Positions 51,233 to 51,354 of a DNA stretch of 51,354 nucleotides are shown piece by piece (positions within the stretch are counted from its first letter, which is position 1; every line of letters begins with the position of its first letter). The stretch spans positions 1-51,354 of the forward strand of contig JAMDHS010000121.1 in assembly GCA_029717555.1 (NCBI GenBank). The letters run 5' to 3'. The notes beneath the pieces are model-generated. The model worked only from the letters and a program-made list of their open reading frames with translations, was not told where the DNA came from and did no database searches. The translations under genes and the position numbers were made by a program. The DNA comes from Peribolospora baueri. Its lineage: Eukaryota.

Positions 51233-51354
51233 CCAACCGAGGACCATGGACCCGCTTAGCCGAGCGATACAACCTGACCGTCAAACCTTGGACCCCCGAA
51301 CCCGTCTCCACCTCTGACCCCTTTTCGGTACACCTCTCCCCCACCTCGCTCGCC
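51233..51354 (+). pseudogene. Orphan internal exon of a PLP-dependent class-V aminotransferase / cysteine-desulfurase-like gene (runs off the window end)
   Basis: After acceptor CCTAG (51228-51232) the frame reads ANRGPWTRLAERYNLTVKPWTPEPVSTSDPFSVHLSPTSLA, resembling the fungal (HE)ANxGPWxxLAxRxGxxVKxW...NPYSV segment. There is an in-frame stop at 51172 and no ATG. Family recognised from memory only. Confidence 0.55.

Noticed and set aside
51200..51235. CTAG at 51229-51232 as a Helitron 3' end
   Set aside because: Followed by C rather than T and lacks a convincing subterminal hairpin; better read as a splice acceptor.

Overview
GC-rich, intron-rich fungal genomic DNA; intron signals and protein sequences point to a basidiomycete, and the species cannot be determined. 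In order, the window holds: the 3' end of a mitochondrial glutamyl-tRNA synthetase; a divergent pair of secreted phosphate-releasing enzymes (acid sphingomyelinase-like phosphodiesterase, with a GC-AG intron, and a histidine-acid phytase); an F-box/RCC1 (Saf1-like) gene; TAM41; a FAF1-like gene; a TMEM97/EXPERA gene; phenol 2-monooxygenase; a 689-bp TA-flanked Tc1/mariner-type non-autonomous element with 29-bp TIRs; MSS4; a Bni4-like PP1-targeting scaffold; an intron-containing tRNA-Ala(AGC); a short CENP-O/Mcm21-like gene; an intronless putative pseudokinase; a ~927-aa LEA-like repeat protein; an FAD-dependent oxidoreductase; a Snf2/Sth1-type remodeller ATPase; and, at the very end, an orphan exon of a class-V aminotransferase/cysteine-desulfurase-like gene with no room for its 5' half. 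All identifications come from manual motif recognition and hand-spliced translation; no database searches were run. No clearly novel multi-gene system is demonstrable. The best leads are the MITE, the pseudokinase, the headless desulfurase-like exon, the phosphate-scavenging gene pair and the LEA-like repeat protein.
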